A stretch of 32,000 bases of DNA from Candidatus Altimarinota bacterium (GTDB lineage: Bacteria; Patescibacteriota; Gracilibacteria; UBA1369), in NCBI GenBank assembly GCA_041659405.1, contig JBAZYK010000003.1:90001-122000 (forward strand), given 5' to 3'. The position numbers were made by a program, and so were the translations under genes. A model generated the notes under the pieces. The model had not been told where the DNA came from. It searched no databases and saw only the letters and a program-made list of their open reading frames with translations. Below are positions 24,670 through 32,000 of this stretch, piece after piece. Numbering within the stretch: the stretch's first letter is position 1; every line of letters starts with the position of its first letter.

Positions 24670-25737
24670 ATGAAAAAAGGCAAACTTGTCCTAAAAGACG
24701 GCCATATTTTCCAAGGATATGTCTTCGGTGCAGAAAAACCGACGGCAGGAGAAGTCGTTTTTTCAACGGGCATGGTTGGCTATCCGGAGAGCCTTACCGA
24801 TCCTTCTTTTGAAGGGCAGATTTTGACCTTCACTTTCCCGCTTATCGGCAATTATGGTGTCCCTGCGGAAAATTTGGATAAACATCAAATCAGCACCGTT
24901 TTTGAAAGTTCCCGCATCCACGCGCGCGGAATTGTGGTCAGCGAATATTCGGAAAATTACAGCCATTGGAATGCCAAAGAAAGCCTTAGCGATTGGCTTA
25001 AAGCTCAGGGAATTACCGGCATTACAGGAATAGACACCCGCATGCTCACCCAAATTTTGCGTGAAAAAGGCTGCATGCTGGGCAAAATCACTGTAGAAGA
25101 TCAGGAATCACCAGACTACAACCCAAACAATTACAATATTGTTGAGGATGTCAGCCCTAAAAAGCCAACACTGTATAAAGCCGGCCCCAAGAAAATCATC
25201 ATGCTGGATTGTGGCGTAAAAAATAATACCATTCACAATTTTTTGGATCGCAACATTTCGGTTTTGCGTGTGCCTTTTGATTATGATTTTTTTGGAGCGA
25301 ACGAAGCCTTTGACGGCGTGTTTATCAGCAATGGCCCGGGCGATCCGGCTCAGTGCTTACAAACAATCAACCTCATCAAAAAGTCGATGGAAAAGAAAAT
25401 CCCGACCTTTGGAATTTGCCTTGGAAATCAGCTAATGGGCCTTGCCGCCGGTGGAAAAACCTACAAATTAAAATACGGCCACCGCGCCCAAAATCAGCCC
25501 TGCATAGACACAGAAACCGGCCGCTGCTACATGACTTCACAAAATCACGGATTCGCAATTGACGGCAGCTCTCTACCCAAAGACTGGAAAGTCTGGTTTG
25601 AACACGCCAACGACAACAGCGTTGAAGGAATCAAACATACAAAACTCCCCTTCTTCGCCGTACAATTTCATCCGGAAGCCGCACCGGGACCTGTAGACAC
25701 CGAAAGCCTTTTCGACAAATTTGTGAAGCTACTTTAA
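24670..25737 (+). CDS. carA: carbamoyl-phosphate synthase small (glutaminase) subunit
   Basis: 355 aa. Has the CPSase small-subunit N-domain (GYPESLTDPSFEGQILTFTFPLIGNYG), the GATase catalytic GICLGNQL, and QFHPEA. Confidence 0.92.
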   Translation: MKKGKLVLKDGHIFQGYVFGAEKPTAGEVVFSTGMVGYPESLTDPSFEGQILTFTFPLIGNYGVPAENLDKHQISTVFESSRIHARGIVVSEYSENYSHWNAKESLSDWLKAQGITGITGIDTRMLTQILREKGCMLGKITVEDQESPDYNPNNYNIVEDVSPKKPTLYKAGPKKIIMLDCGVKNNTIHNFLDRNISVLRVPFDYDFFGANEAFDGVFISNGPGDPAQCLQTINLIKKSMEKKIPTFGICLGNQLMGLAAGGKTYKLKYGHRAQNQPCIDTETGRCYMTSQNHGFAIDGSSLPKDWKVWFEHANDNSVEGIKHTKLPFFAVQFHPEAAPGPVDTESLFDKFVKLL

Positions 25738-25761
25738 ACTATTTTCTATACATTAAATTTA

Positions 25762-25782
25762 TTAACCACCCCTCCCCCCCCC
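25762..25782 (+). repeat. TTAACCACC + CCCTC9 tract abutting the start codon of the SLH gene (copy 2)
   Basis: TTAACCACCCCTCCCCCCCCC is immediately followed by ATG 25783. The C9 run is at 25774-25782. Confidence 0.9.
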
Positions 25783-27933
25783 ATGAAAAAAACAATCAGC
25801 ATGGTAATTATTTTATTAGGAATATTTACCTCAACCGTAGTTGTTCAAGCCCAAAACACCAGCATTGACGCCACCAGGGCCATCCCTAAAAATGTGGATA
25901 TCTATTTTTCTTTGGACACCACCGTTGCCAATCCACTCAGCAGCTTCATGCCTCAAATTGGTGAAGAAATGACTTTCATGATGACCGAAACCGGCGCATC
26001 AGCTACACAAACGCAAGCCATCAATACTCTCAAACCAAAACTGCTCAACAATCACTACGGAGTCGCTTTAAGAATGAATAAAACCGAGACCGCTCCTGCG
26101 GCGGCGAGTGATGCAGCCACCTCGGAAAGCTTTGTCACTTTGCATCTTTCCAGCACCGACTTTACCACGTTAACTACGGCTCTCGGCAATCCTCAAACAG
26201 AAACTTATAATGGCACAACCATCTATTATAACGATATCGCTTCCGTTGCCCTTTTGGGTAGCGACCTGGTGATCATGAATACCAATAAAGCAGGTTTGCA
26301 CGAAATGATTGACGATTATACTTCCGGCAACAATCTTCAAAACAATGCCAACTTCAGTGCAACCAAAGCCAAATTTTTACCATCCAGTTTTGCTGAATTA
26401 TACTTAAATCCGGCCACCACAGATCAACTCATGACCACCCAGTTTGGCATGGACGACACCGCTACTGTCAAAAACATTCTTCAAACTTTAACCAGTATGG
26501 GAGTTTCGGCGGCTCAAGGAAACAATAATATCCAAATCAGCTACTTCCTTAAAAGCGACAGTGCTAAACTGGCAGCTCTTAATTTGGCGCTAAACAATAA
26601 CTTTATCCCGGCAATTTATAAAAACATCGTTACCAAAAACATCCTTTTATACGTCGAACAAAACAATCTCCAAAAAACGATCCAGGACATTTTAACAATG
26701 GCTGGCGAATCGACCCAATTAGACAGCATTTCCACCGAGTTTCAAACCAACACCGGCTTAAATCTGCAAAATGACGTCTTGGCCGTATTAAACAATAAAT
26801 TTGCAATTTCCATCCACTCACAAGATAGCCAATATCCGGCCATCAGTCTGATTTTTGATGTTAAAAACAACCTCACCAAAGCTAACAACATCGTTACCAA
26901 ATTAAAAGATTACGCCTCCAAACAACCCGAAACTACCGTAACTACAACCACAATCAACGGCGCAACCTTTTACCAAGTTGGGGACACTTCAACTAAAATT
27001 TCCATGGGCGTCAGTGCCGATGGTTACCTTGTTTTAACAAACGGCAACGTCACGGATGTTCTTAACTCCAACGGAGCTTTATCCACAGACTCAACTTTCA
27101 CCGGCACAATGGGCCAACTCAATGATTCTTCCATCAATCAAATCAACTTCATCAATATCGACAATCTCCACTCCATAGCCAGTGGGCTTTTAAACATGAT
27201 GACAAGCGATCAAGATGGCAAAGATGCCATCAACGGCCTGCTTATACCATGGCACAGCATTGGCGTAAAAAGCAATAACAATAGCGACTCTCTTTGGGGC
27301 ACGATCAGTTTGAGTGTTGATCTAAACGGCTTTGCTCAATATCCGGCGCTAATCACCAAATTAATGACCAGCGAACTCGTTAATCCACCAAGACATTTCT
27401 GTGATGTAAAATCTTCGGATTGGTTCACTACACACGTCAACTCTTTAAGCAAAAAAGGCTACATCACAGGTTACTCCGATGGCTGTTTTCATCCGGGAAG
27501 CAACATTTCCCGTGCGGAATTTGTAACTCTACTCATGAAGGCAATGCCTTCTTTAACCTACCACGACGATCGCGCCAAACAATTTAAAGACGTTGCCAAC
27601 GGTGCTTGGTATAAAGATTATGTTGATTTGGCAGTCGAAAACGGGATCATTAAGGGATATGCCGACAATAGTTTCCATCCAAACGCTCCAATCGCCCGCG
27701 CTGAAGCAATTCAAATTTTGATGAACGTGGCAGCACAATTTCACCTGCTTGAGGATGCCAATTTAGCAACAGTATCTTTCCAAGACCTCAAAAAGTCCGA
27801 CTGGTACTTTAATGCAGTCCGGGATGCTCTAACACTCTCAATCATTTCCCCTTCCACCCGCTTCAATCCACGCTCCAGCTTGAATCGAGCCGAAGCAGCC
27901 AAGATTATCGACCTCTTCTTGCAACATCTTTAA
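25783..27933 (+). CDS. secreted protein with three C-terminal SLH domains
   Basis: Signal peptide MKKTISMVIILLGIFTSTVVVQA. Has three SLH-like units near the C-terminus (WFTTHVNSLSKKGYITGYSDGCFHPGSNISRAEFVTLLM, WYKDYVDLAVENGIIKGYADNSFHPNAPIARAEAIQILM and WYFNAVRDALTL...LNRAEAAKIIDLF). Confidence 0.8.
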   Translation: MKKTISMVIILLGIFTSTVVVQAQNTSIDATRAIPKNVDIYFSLDTTVANPLSSFMPQIGEEMTFMMTETGASATQTQAINTLKPKLLNNHYGVALRMNKTETAPAAASDAATSESFVTLHLSSTDFTTLTTALGNPQTETYNGTTIYYNDIASVALLGSDLVIMNTNKAGLHEMIDDYTSGNNLQNNANFSATKAKFLPSSFAELYLNPATTDQLMTTQFGMDDTATVKNILQTLTSMGVSAAQGNNNIQISYFLKSDSAKLAALNLALNNNFIPAIYKNIVTKNILLYVEQNNLQKTIQDILTMAGESTQLDSISTEFQTNTGLNLQNDVLAVLNNKFAISIHSQDSQYPAISLIFDVKNNLTKANNIVTKLKDYASKQPETTVTTTTINGATFYQVGDTSTKISMGVSADGYLVLTNGNVTDVLNSNGALSTDSTFTGTMGQLNDSSINQINFINIDNLHSIASGLLNMMTSDQDGKDAINGLLIPWHSIGVKSNNNSDSLWGTISLSVDLNGFAQYPALITKLMTSELVNPPRHFCDVKSSDWFTTHVNSLSKKGYITGYSDGCFHPGSNISRAEFVTLLMKAMPSLTYHDDRAKQFKDVANGAWYKDYVDLAVENGIIKGYADNSFHPNAPIARAEAIQILMNVAAQFHLLEDANLATVSFQDLKKSDWYFNAVRDALTLSIISPSTRFNPRSSLNRAEAAKIIDLFLQHL

Positions 27934-27949
27934 AATGGTTTATCCACAT

Positions 27950-27979
27950 AACAAAAACCCCACTTTTTTCAAAGTGGGG
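27950..27979 (-). terminator. intrinsic terminator oriented for a minus-strand transcript
   Basis: The minus-strand RNA reads CCCCACUUU-GAAA-AAAGUGGGG followed by UUUUUGUU. On the plus strand the same hairpin has no U tail. Confidence 0.65.
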
Positions 27980-27997
27980 CGGAATTCCGGGACCTTA

Positions 27998-28045
27998 TGG
28001 GTTCTCAAGTTAGAAAAATAAGTGAGAACTCAAGGTTTTTATTTT
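27998..28045 (+). terminator. probable terminator of the SLH gene
   Basis: On the plus strand, UGGGUUCUCA (27998-28007) pairs with UGAGAACUCA (28023-28032) with one G:U pair, followed by UUUUUAUUUU (28036-28045). Confidence 0.45.
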
Positions 28046-28473
28046 GGAATTTGTTTTTGTTTATAGCTGACTAAGCGTTTTTGTCTGCTGAGCTTTGGCT
28101 GAGGTTTTCAGTCCGGCCAGGGACCGTCCGTTGAGTGTGTTCTACAGATCACCGAAGTGATAAGACAGAGAACACCGGACCGCGGGAAGCGGTAAGAGCG
28201 TTAGTCATTCGCTTTACCAGCACTTAGCAAGGACAGAGAGAAGGTGAAAGTTCTAGGCACACTCGAGTATTAATGAGCATTTAGTTTGTGCAATTTTTTA
28301 GTAGCACACTCGCTAACACTCGTGTGTGGTGACGAAAGTTTCTAGGGCCGGCCTCCCAATCCCTTTTTTATAAGCGCACTTTCGTGCGTGGTGGCGGCAA
28401 ATTCATCCATTCACCTTCCTTTCTTTCTTTGCTATAGCTTTTTTACCGAGTTTTTAAAGACCTTTTTGTTTTT

Positions 28474-28500
28474 GAGGCGACCCGCCTTCTTTTTGTTTAT
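28474..28500 (+). terminator. weak plus-strand terminator-like hairpin (conflicts with the minus-strand RNA model)
   Basis: AGGCG-ACC-CGCCU (28475-28487) is followed by UCUUUUUGUUUAUUUUU. The whole local plus strand is T-rich, so the tail may be coincidental. Confidence 0.3.
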
Positions 28501-28522
28501 TTTTACTTTTTGTTTTCAAATC

Positions 28523-28550
28523 ATTGTATCAAATAAAAGATTTAACGCAA
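28523..28550 (-). promoter_or_regulatory. sigma70-type promoter with extended -10, reading into the ORF-free region
   Basis: On the minus strand: TTGCGT (28550..28545), 16 nt, then TGaTACAAT (-10 at 28528..28523). Confidence 0.45.
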
Positions 28551-28687
28551 ATTATTATCATATACATATCTGAAGATATTTTCTAATTCAAAAACGCGGC
28601 CGATTTCATCACTTACAGACTCAGTACACTTTATATTTCATATTTTAGTAAAAATTTAGAAAACGTTAATAAACACAGTGTATTTTC

Positions 28688-28711
28688 AAAGGAGTCGAAT
28701 TCGACCCCTTT
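28688..28711. repeat. 24-bp GAATTC-centred palindrome (family member 3)
   Basis: AAAGGAGTCGAATTCGACCCCTTT has one A/C mismatch pair. It shares the core TCGAATTCGA and AAAGG/CCTTT arms with member 2. Confidence 0.8.
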
Positions 28712-28723
28712 AAGTTTTTCAGA

Positions 28724-28755
28724 TTTTAATTATGGCGAATTTGCCACAATTAAAA
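28724..28755. repeat. 32-bp imperfect palindrome (degenerate family member 4)
   Basis: TTTTAATTATGGCGAATTTGCCACAATTAAAA has 2 non-complementary pairs. It has the same TTTTAA...TTAAAA outer arms and a CGAAT centre. Confidence 0.6.
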
Positions 28756-28804
28756 GGCAGGCAGGTTTGAATAGCTATAAAACCTCCCAACAACAAGAAA
28801 TATC

Positions 28805-28833
28805 TTATTAGTAAACAGGAAAAGTGCTATAAT
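28805..28833 (+). promoter_or_regulatory. promoter of the Mod operon
   Basis: TTATTA (28805-28810), 17 nt, then TGcTATAAT (perfect extended -10, hexamer 28828-28833), 28 nt upstream of ATG 28862. Confidence 0.45.
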
Positions 28834-28861
28834 CCAGCAAGCATTTATGTAAAAAAATAAT

Positions 28862-29278
28862 ATGGCAAGAAAATTTGGAGTCAGATGGAGAGATTGGCTT
28901 CCAGAAATCGCATTATGTTACTTGGAATACGAAGAATTGGACACTCTCTCTATATTAAAATCCGTAGGTGGAATTTTAAGAATAATTGGATCAGCAGAAG
29001 AACAGTTCGCGGAAATAAATTCCGTATTGGATCTCCTAGTCGAAAAAAAACTACTTACTATTGTCAGTTCTAAACCAGGTTTGTATTGGGGCATCAATTT
29101 CAAGAATATTACATACAATCCCTCTAAAGAGTTTGAAGATCTAGTGAAAAATATGCAAAGAACAACACCAAATAGCAATAATGTAAACTACACAATAAAT
29201 CAAAAAGTCTATACCTTTAATTTAACATTTAACCTCGAGAAATTAGTAGAGCTAAAAACCGGATTAATAAATCTATAG
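28862..29278 (+). CDS. hypothetical protein (138 aa), possibly winged-helix
   Basis: Intact ORF 29 nt upstream of mod. The segment FAEINSVLDLLVEKKLLTIVSSKPGLYWGINF looks like a recognition helix plus wing. This is a pattern impression only. Confidence 0.55.
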   Translation: MARKFGVRWRDWLPEIALCYLEYEELDTLSILKSVGGILRIIGSAEEQFAEINSVLDLLVEKKLLTIVSSKPGLYWGINFKNITYNPSKEFEDLVKNMQRTTPNSNNVNYTINQKVYTFNLTFNLEKLVELKTGLINL

Positions 29279-29307
29279 AATTCATAAAAACACTTCATCA
29301 CAATCCT

Positions 29308-31188
29308 ATGATTAAAGGAAAAATAGACGGGAATTCCAGTAACCCTCAAGCAAAACTTTTGGCAAAGCTGATGCAAGAAATGCCTGAGATTTTTTCAGAA
29401 GGAAAAATTGATAGCAAAAAACTCAAGGCAACACTTGGCGAAGACGTTATAACGGATCAAGAGCGTTATGGCCTTACTTGGGCCGGCAAAGCCGAGTGTT
29501 TCAAGAAAATTCAGGAAACTACGACCAATACTTTAAAGCCCTGCAGGGCTGAATCGGTTGATTTTGATAAGACAGAAAATCTGTTTATTGAAGGCGATAA
29601 TTTGCAGGTTTTAAAGGTTTTACAAAAGAGCTATTACAGCAAGGTGAAGATGATTTACATCGATCCGCCATACAATACCGGCAATGATTTTATTTATAAC
29701 GATAAATTCTCGAGAACAAAAAAAGAGGAATTGATTGCCAATGAGTCAATTGATGAGGAAGGTAACGTAATTAATCATGATTTATACCGCCAGAACACTC
29801 GCGATAGTGGGCATTTCCACAGCAATTGGCTAAATATGATGTATCCACGCCTCTTTTTGGCAAGAAACCTTTTAAAACAGGATGGCGTGATTTTTGTGAG
29901 CATTGACGACAACGAAGTGAAGAATTTGAGAGCAATGATGGATGAGATTTTTGGTGAGGAGAATTTTATTGGGCAGTTTGTGTGGAGAAAAAAGGCAGGA
30001 GGAGGCCAAGCAGACGATTATTTCGTTACTGAACATGAATATATCGTTGTGTATTGTCGTTCAGACGTTTTTCAGTGGAAAGATGAGTTAGTTCCTGTTG
30101 ACGAGGCGAAATTTAACAAAGAGGATGAAAAAGGTAGATATACCGCTGTTAAATTAGCTAAATGGGGCAATACTTCTCGAAAGGAGGATAGGCCTTCTAT
30201 GTATTACCCTGTAAAAATGCCTGATGATAAAAATGTTTATCCAATTGCTCCAGATGGTGGGGAAGGGCGTTGGCGAGTTGGCAAAAAACGAATGCAGGAA
30301 CTTCTTGAAAATGATTTAGTATTCTGGGGTGAATCAAAAGGAACAATAATTCCTTATGAAAAAATTTACCGTAATGGGTCTGAAATACAAGCCTTGAAAG
30401 ACAGGAGCGTTTTATATGAACTAGCTTCTACTGGTGATGGCACTAATGTTTTAACTGAAATTTTTGGAAAAAAAGATTTATTTGAAAATCCTAAACCCAT
30501 TCAGCTTGTTCATTTTTTTGCAAGAAATAATACAGGTGATAATGATTTAATTTTAGATTTTTTCGCCGGCTCCGGCACGGCTGCCCACGCCGTCATGCAA
30601 CTAAATGCCGAAGATGGCGGCAACCGGAAATGGATTTGCGTACAATTACCAGAAAAATGCAAAGAAGGAACTGAGGCACTAAAAACCGGTTTTGTAACAA
30701 TTGCCGATATTGCCAAAGAGCGTATTCGTAGAGCTGGCAAGAAAATTAAAGAAGGGGCAAAGGATAAGAAACTTGATCTTGGATTTAAGGCTTTTAAACT
30801 TGATGAAAGCAATTTCAAAATCTGGAATACACAAATAGCAAATGTAGAACAGCTTGAACAGCAATTGATGGATTTCATCGACAATGTCCGTCCTGAATCC
30901 TCAGCTGAAGACATGCTTTATGAACTTATATTAAAGAGTGGCAAGGAACTGAATATCGCGATTGAAGAAAAACAGGCCGATGGATGCAAATATCATCGAA
31001 TTGGTGATGGCTCTTTGATTATTTGTTTAGCGGACAAACTCACAAGACCACTCTTTGAGACTATTTTAAAAGACAAGCCGGAAAAGATCATCACTTTGGA
31101 TCGATCTTTTGCCAATAACGACCAACTCAAAATCAACATAATGCTGGATGCAGAACGCGCAGGGGTGAAGGAATTTAAAGTAATCTAA
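29308..31188 (+). CDS. mod: Type III restriction-modification-like DNA methyltransferase (Mod; beta-class N6A/N4C MTase)
   Basis: 626 aa. Motif IV IYIDPPYNTGNDFIYND comes before motif I LILDFFAGSGTAAHAV (beta permutation). Length and the N- and C-terminal regions are typical of Type III Mod subunits. Confidence 0.88.
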   Translation: MIKGKIDGNSSNPQAKLLAKLMQEMPEIFSEGKIDSKKLKATLGEDVITDQERYGLTWAGKAECFKKIQETTTNTLKPCRAESVDFDKTENLFIEGDNLQVLKVLQKSYYSKVKMIYIDPPYNTGNDFIYNDKFSRTKKEELIANESIDEEGNVINHDLYRQNTRDSGHFHSNWLNMMYPRLFLARNLLKQDGVIFVSIDDNEVKNLRAMMDEIFGEENFIGQFVWRKKAGGGQADDYFVTEHEYIVVYCRSDVFQWKDELVPVDEAKFNKEDEKGRYTAVKLAKWGNTSRKEDRPSMYYPVKMPDDKNVYPIAPDGGEGRWRVGKKRMQELLENDLVFWGESKGTIIPYEKIYRNGSEIQALKDRSVLYELASTGDGTNVLTEIFGKKDLFENPKPIQLVHFFARNNTGDNDLILDFFAGSGTAAHAVMQLNAEDGGNRKWICVQLPEKCKEGTEALKTGFVTIADIAKERIRRAGKKIKEGAKDKKLDLGFKAFKLDESNFKIWNTQIANVEQLEQQLMDFIDNVRPESSAEDMLYELILKSGKELNIAIEEKQADGCKYHRIGDGSLIICLADKLTRPLFETILKDKPEKIITLDRSFANNDQLKINIMLDAERAGVKEFKVI

Positions 31189-31198
31189 AAATCACTTT

Positions 31199-31450
31199 AT
31201 GGAGCCACTAAAATTTTCTGACCACAAGGCAAAAATCATCGAAGCTCTCAATGCCCGAGGCCCACAACTTGGCATTCTTGAACCAATAGCTTTGGTAGAA
31301 GGATTTATTAATCAGCCATTACAAATGGAATTTACGGGGGGACTAGTTATTGGCGGCCCAGCAATTCCTATGGTTGCCGTTGTTGGTAATAACAGTGGAA
31401 GAATTTACTATTTTGCCCTTAAAGCTTTATTACCAGATATTCAATTATAA
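31199..31450 (+). CDS. hypothetical protein (83 aa)
   Basis: Intact ORF 10 nt after the mod stop. The next ORF starts 1 nt after its stop. No family recognised. Confidence 0.55.
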   Translation: MEPLKFSDHKAKIIEALNARGPQLGILEPIALVEGFINQPLQMEFTGGLVIGGPAIPMVAVVGNNSGRIYYFALKALLPDIQL

Positions 31451-31451
31451 A

Positions 31452-32000
31452 ATGGCTGATCCAATAAAAACAGCTACAGATAGGCCTGATACAACCCCTG
31501 CGACATTTGATGCTCCAACAGCTGCAGCACCCGTGGTTGCCCCTGCGTCTGGAGGAACTCCTGTTGGTCAAAATGTCACCACTCAGCAAGGAGAACAAAC
31601 TGTTCTTTCAAAATCAGATGTTGAAAAAATGATAAATGATGCAGTTGGAAAAGTTGATGAAAAAATACTGCCAATCACTGGGAAAATAGATAAATTCGAA
31701 AAAAGATTAGTAACTGATAAGGCCAGTTTAATGACTGTTTTTGGAATTTTTGCTTCTGTTGTTACATTTCTTTCTGTCGAAATTCAGTTTTTAAAAAATG
31801 TATGTGACCCACTACGTTTGGTCGGTTTTAGTCTGATTTTGCTGGCTTCACTGCTCTCATTTGTTTGGATTCTACACCTAATCGCTAATTATTGGATAAA
31901 CGAAAAAGTTAAAGACCATCCGAAACTGTTAGTGTTTTTTATATTTTTATTGTTTGTTTTTGGAGGATGGCTATTGTTTGCGGGTAAGGATGAAATTTCA
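31452..32000 (+). CDS. hypothetical membrane protein, 3' end cut by window edge
   Basis: Hand translation from ATG 31452 is open for 183 codons to the window end. It has a Pro/Ala/Thr-rich N-terminus, a charged helix, then hydrophobic segments (LMTVFGIFASVVTFLSV, LVGFSLILLASLLSFVWILHLI, LLVFFIFLLFVFGGWLLF). Confidence 0.6.
   Translation, partial: MADPIKTATDRPDTTPATFDAPTAAAPVVAPASGGTPVGQNVTTQQGEQTVLSKSDVEKMINDAVGKVDEKILPITGKIDKFEKRLVTDKASLMTVFGIFASVVTFLSVEIQFLKNVCDPLRLVGFSLILLASLLSFVWILHLIANYWINEKVKDHPKLLVFFIFLLFVFGGWLLFAGKDEIS

Larger units (their letters stand above)
27950..28516 (-). ncRNA. candidate ~0.55-kb structured RNA of unknown class (strand assignment tentative)
   Basis: ORF-free and locally GC-enriched. 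A minus-strand promoter lies at 28550..28523 and a minus-strand terminator at 27950-27979. There is a nested helix 28137-28175 whose inner hairpin is cUUCGg on the minus strand, a GAAA-capped hairpin at 28374-28389, and a hairpin at 28191-28218. Long-range complements exist: TGACTAA at 28068-28074 with TTAGTCA at 28201-28207, and GAGTGTG at 28133-28139 with three CACACTC copies. Confidence 0.4.

Noticed and set aside
28060-28365. Possible RNase P RNA on the plus strand. GCGGUAAGAGCG (28189-28200) is identical to a conserved RNase P RNA segment as I remember it, and AGUCCGG (28110-28116) resembles the P4 5' strand.
   Set aside because: The universally conserved GGAAAGUCC context reads GGUUUUCAGUCC. 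There is no ACAGAA-type J2/4 plus a matching P4 3' strand, no closing P1 helix, and the GUGAAA box is in the wrong order. I kept the region as an unclassified candidate RNA instead.
27976-28400. tmRNA idea. The plus strand starts GGGGCGGAAUUCC, and the minus strand has GCCGCCACCA near 28392.
   Set aside because: There is no complementary acceptor 3' strand, no T-arm (GGUUCGAAUCC-like) and no plausible alanine-rich tag reading frame.
28388-28573. 61-aa plus-strand ORF in the ORF-free gap.
   Set aside because: It is a Phe/Leu-rich translation of a T-rich tract (FFLCYSFFTEFLKTFLFLRRPAFFLFIFTFCF) that spans terminator-like and promoter-like elements. It is most likely spurious.

Overview
AT-rich bacterial chromosome segment. 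Its backbone is a scattered de novo pyrimidine-biosynthesis cluster: pyrF, pyrE, pyrK, pyrD class 1B, pyrC, a second class-2-like pyrD, pyrB and carA. Around these sit housekeeping genes (trmD, rsmA/ksgA, a SERCA-like P-type ATPase, a CDF transporter, a GNAT) and three large envelope proteins, two with SLH domains.

Four blocks of accessory DNA interrupt the backbone:
(1) A higBA toxin-antitoxin pair lies between pyrK and pyrE.
(2) A 2.3-kb insertion lies between pyrC and pyrD. It holds a KilA-N gene and a sharply GC-rich island (about 11.19-12.01 kb). The island carries one small high-GC3 ORF with its own near-consensus promoter, a long structured leader and strand-specific hairpins.
(3) A ~0.9-kb ORF-free interval (27.95-28.86 kb) has a promoter, a terminator and UUCG/GNRA-capped helices, suggesting a ~0.55-kb unclassified structured RNA.
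(4) A four-gene operon is built round a Type III-like Mod methyltransferase with no adjacent Res.

A family of GAATTC-centred 24-34 bp palindromes with compensatory arm changes links the KilA-N locus and the Mod locus. I recognised no rRNA, tRNA, CRISPR array or transposase. The best candidate for something new is the GC-rich island/KilA-N cassette, then the candidate RNA, then the Mod operon. All calls rest on reading the sequence and translations by eye; no database search was possible.
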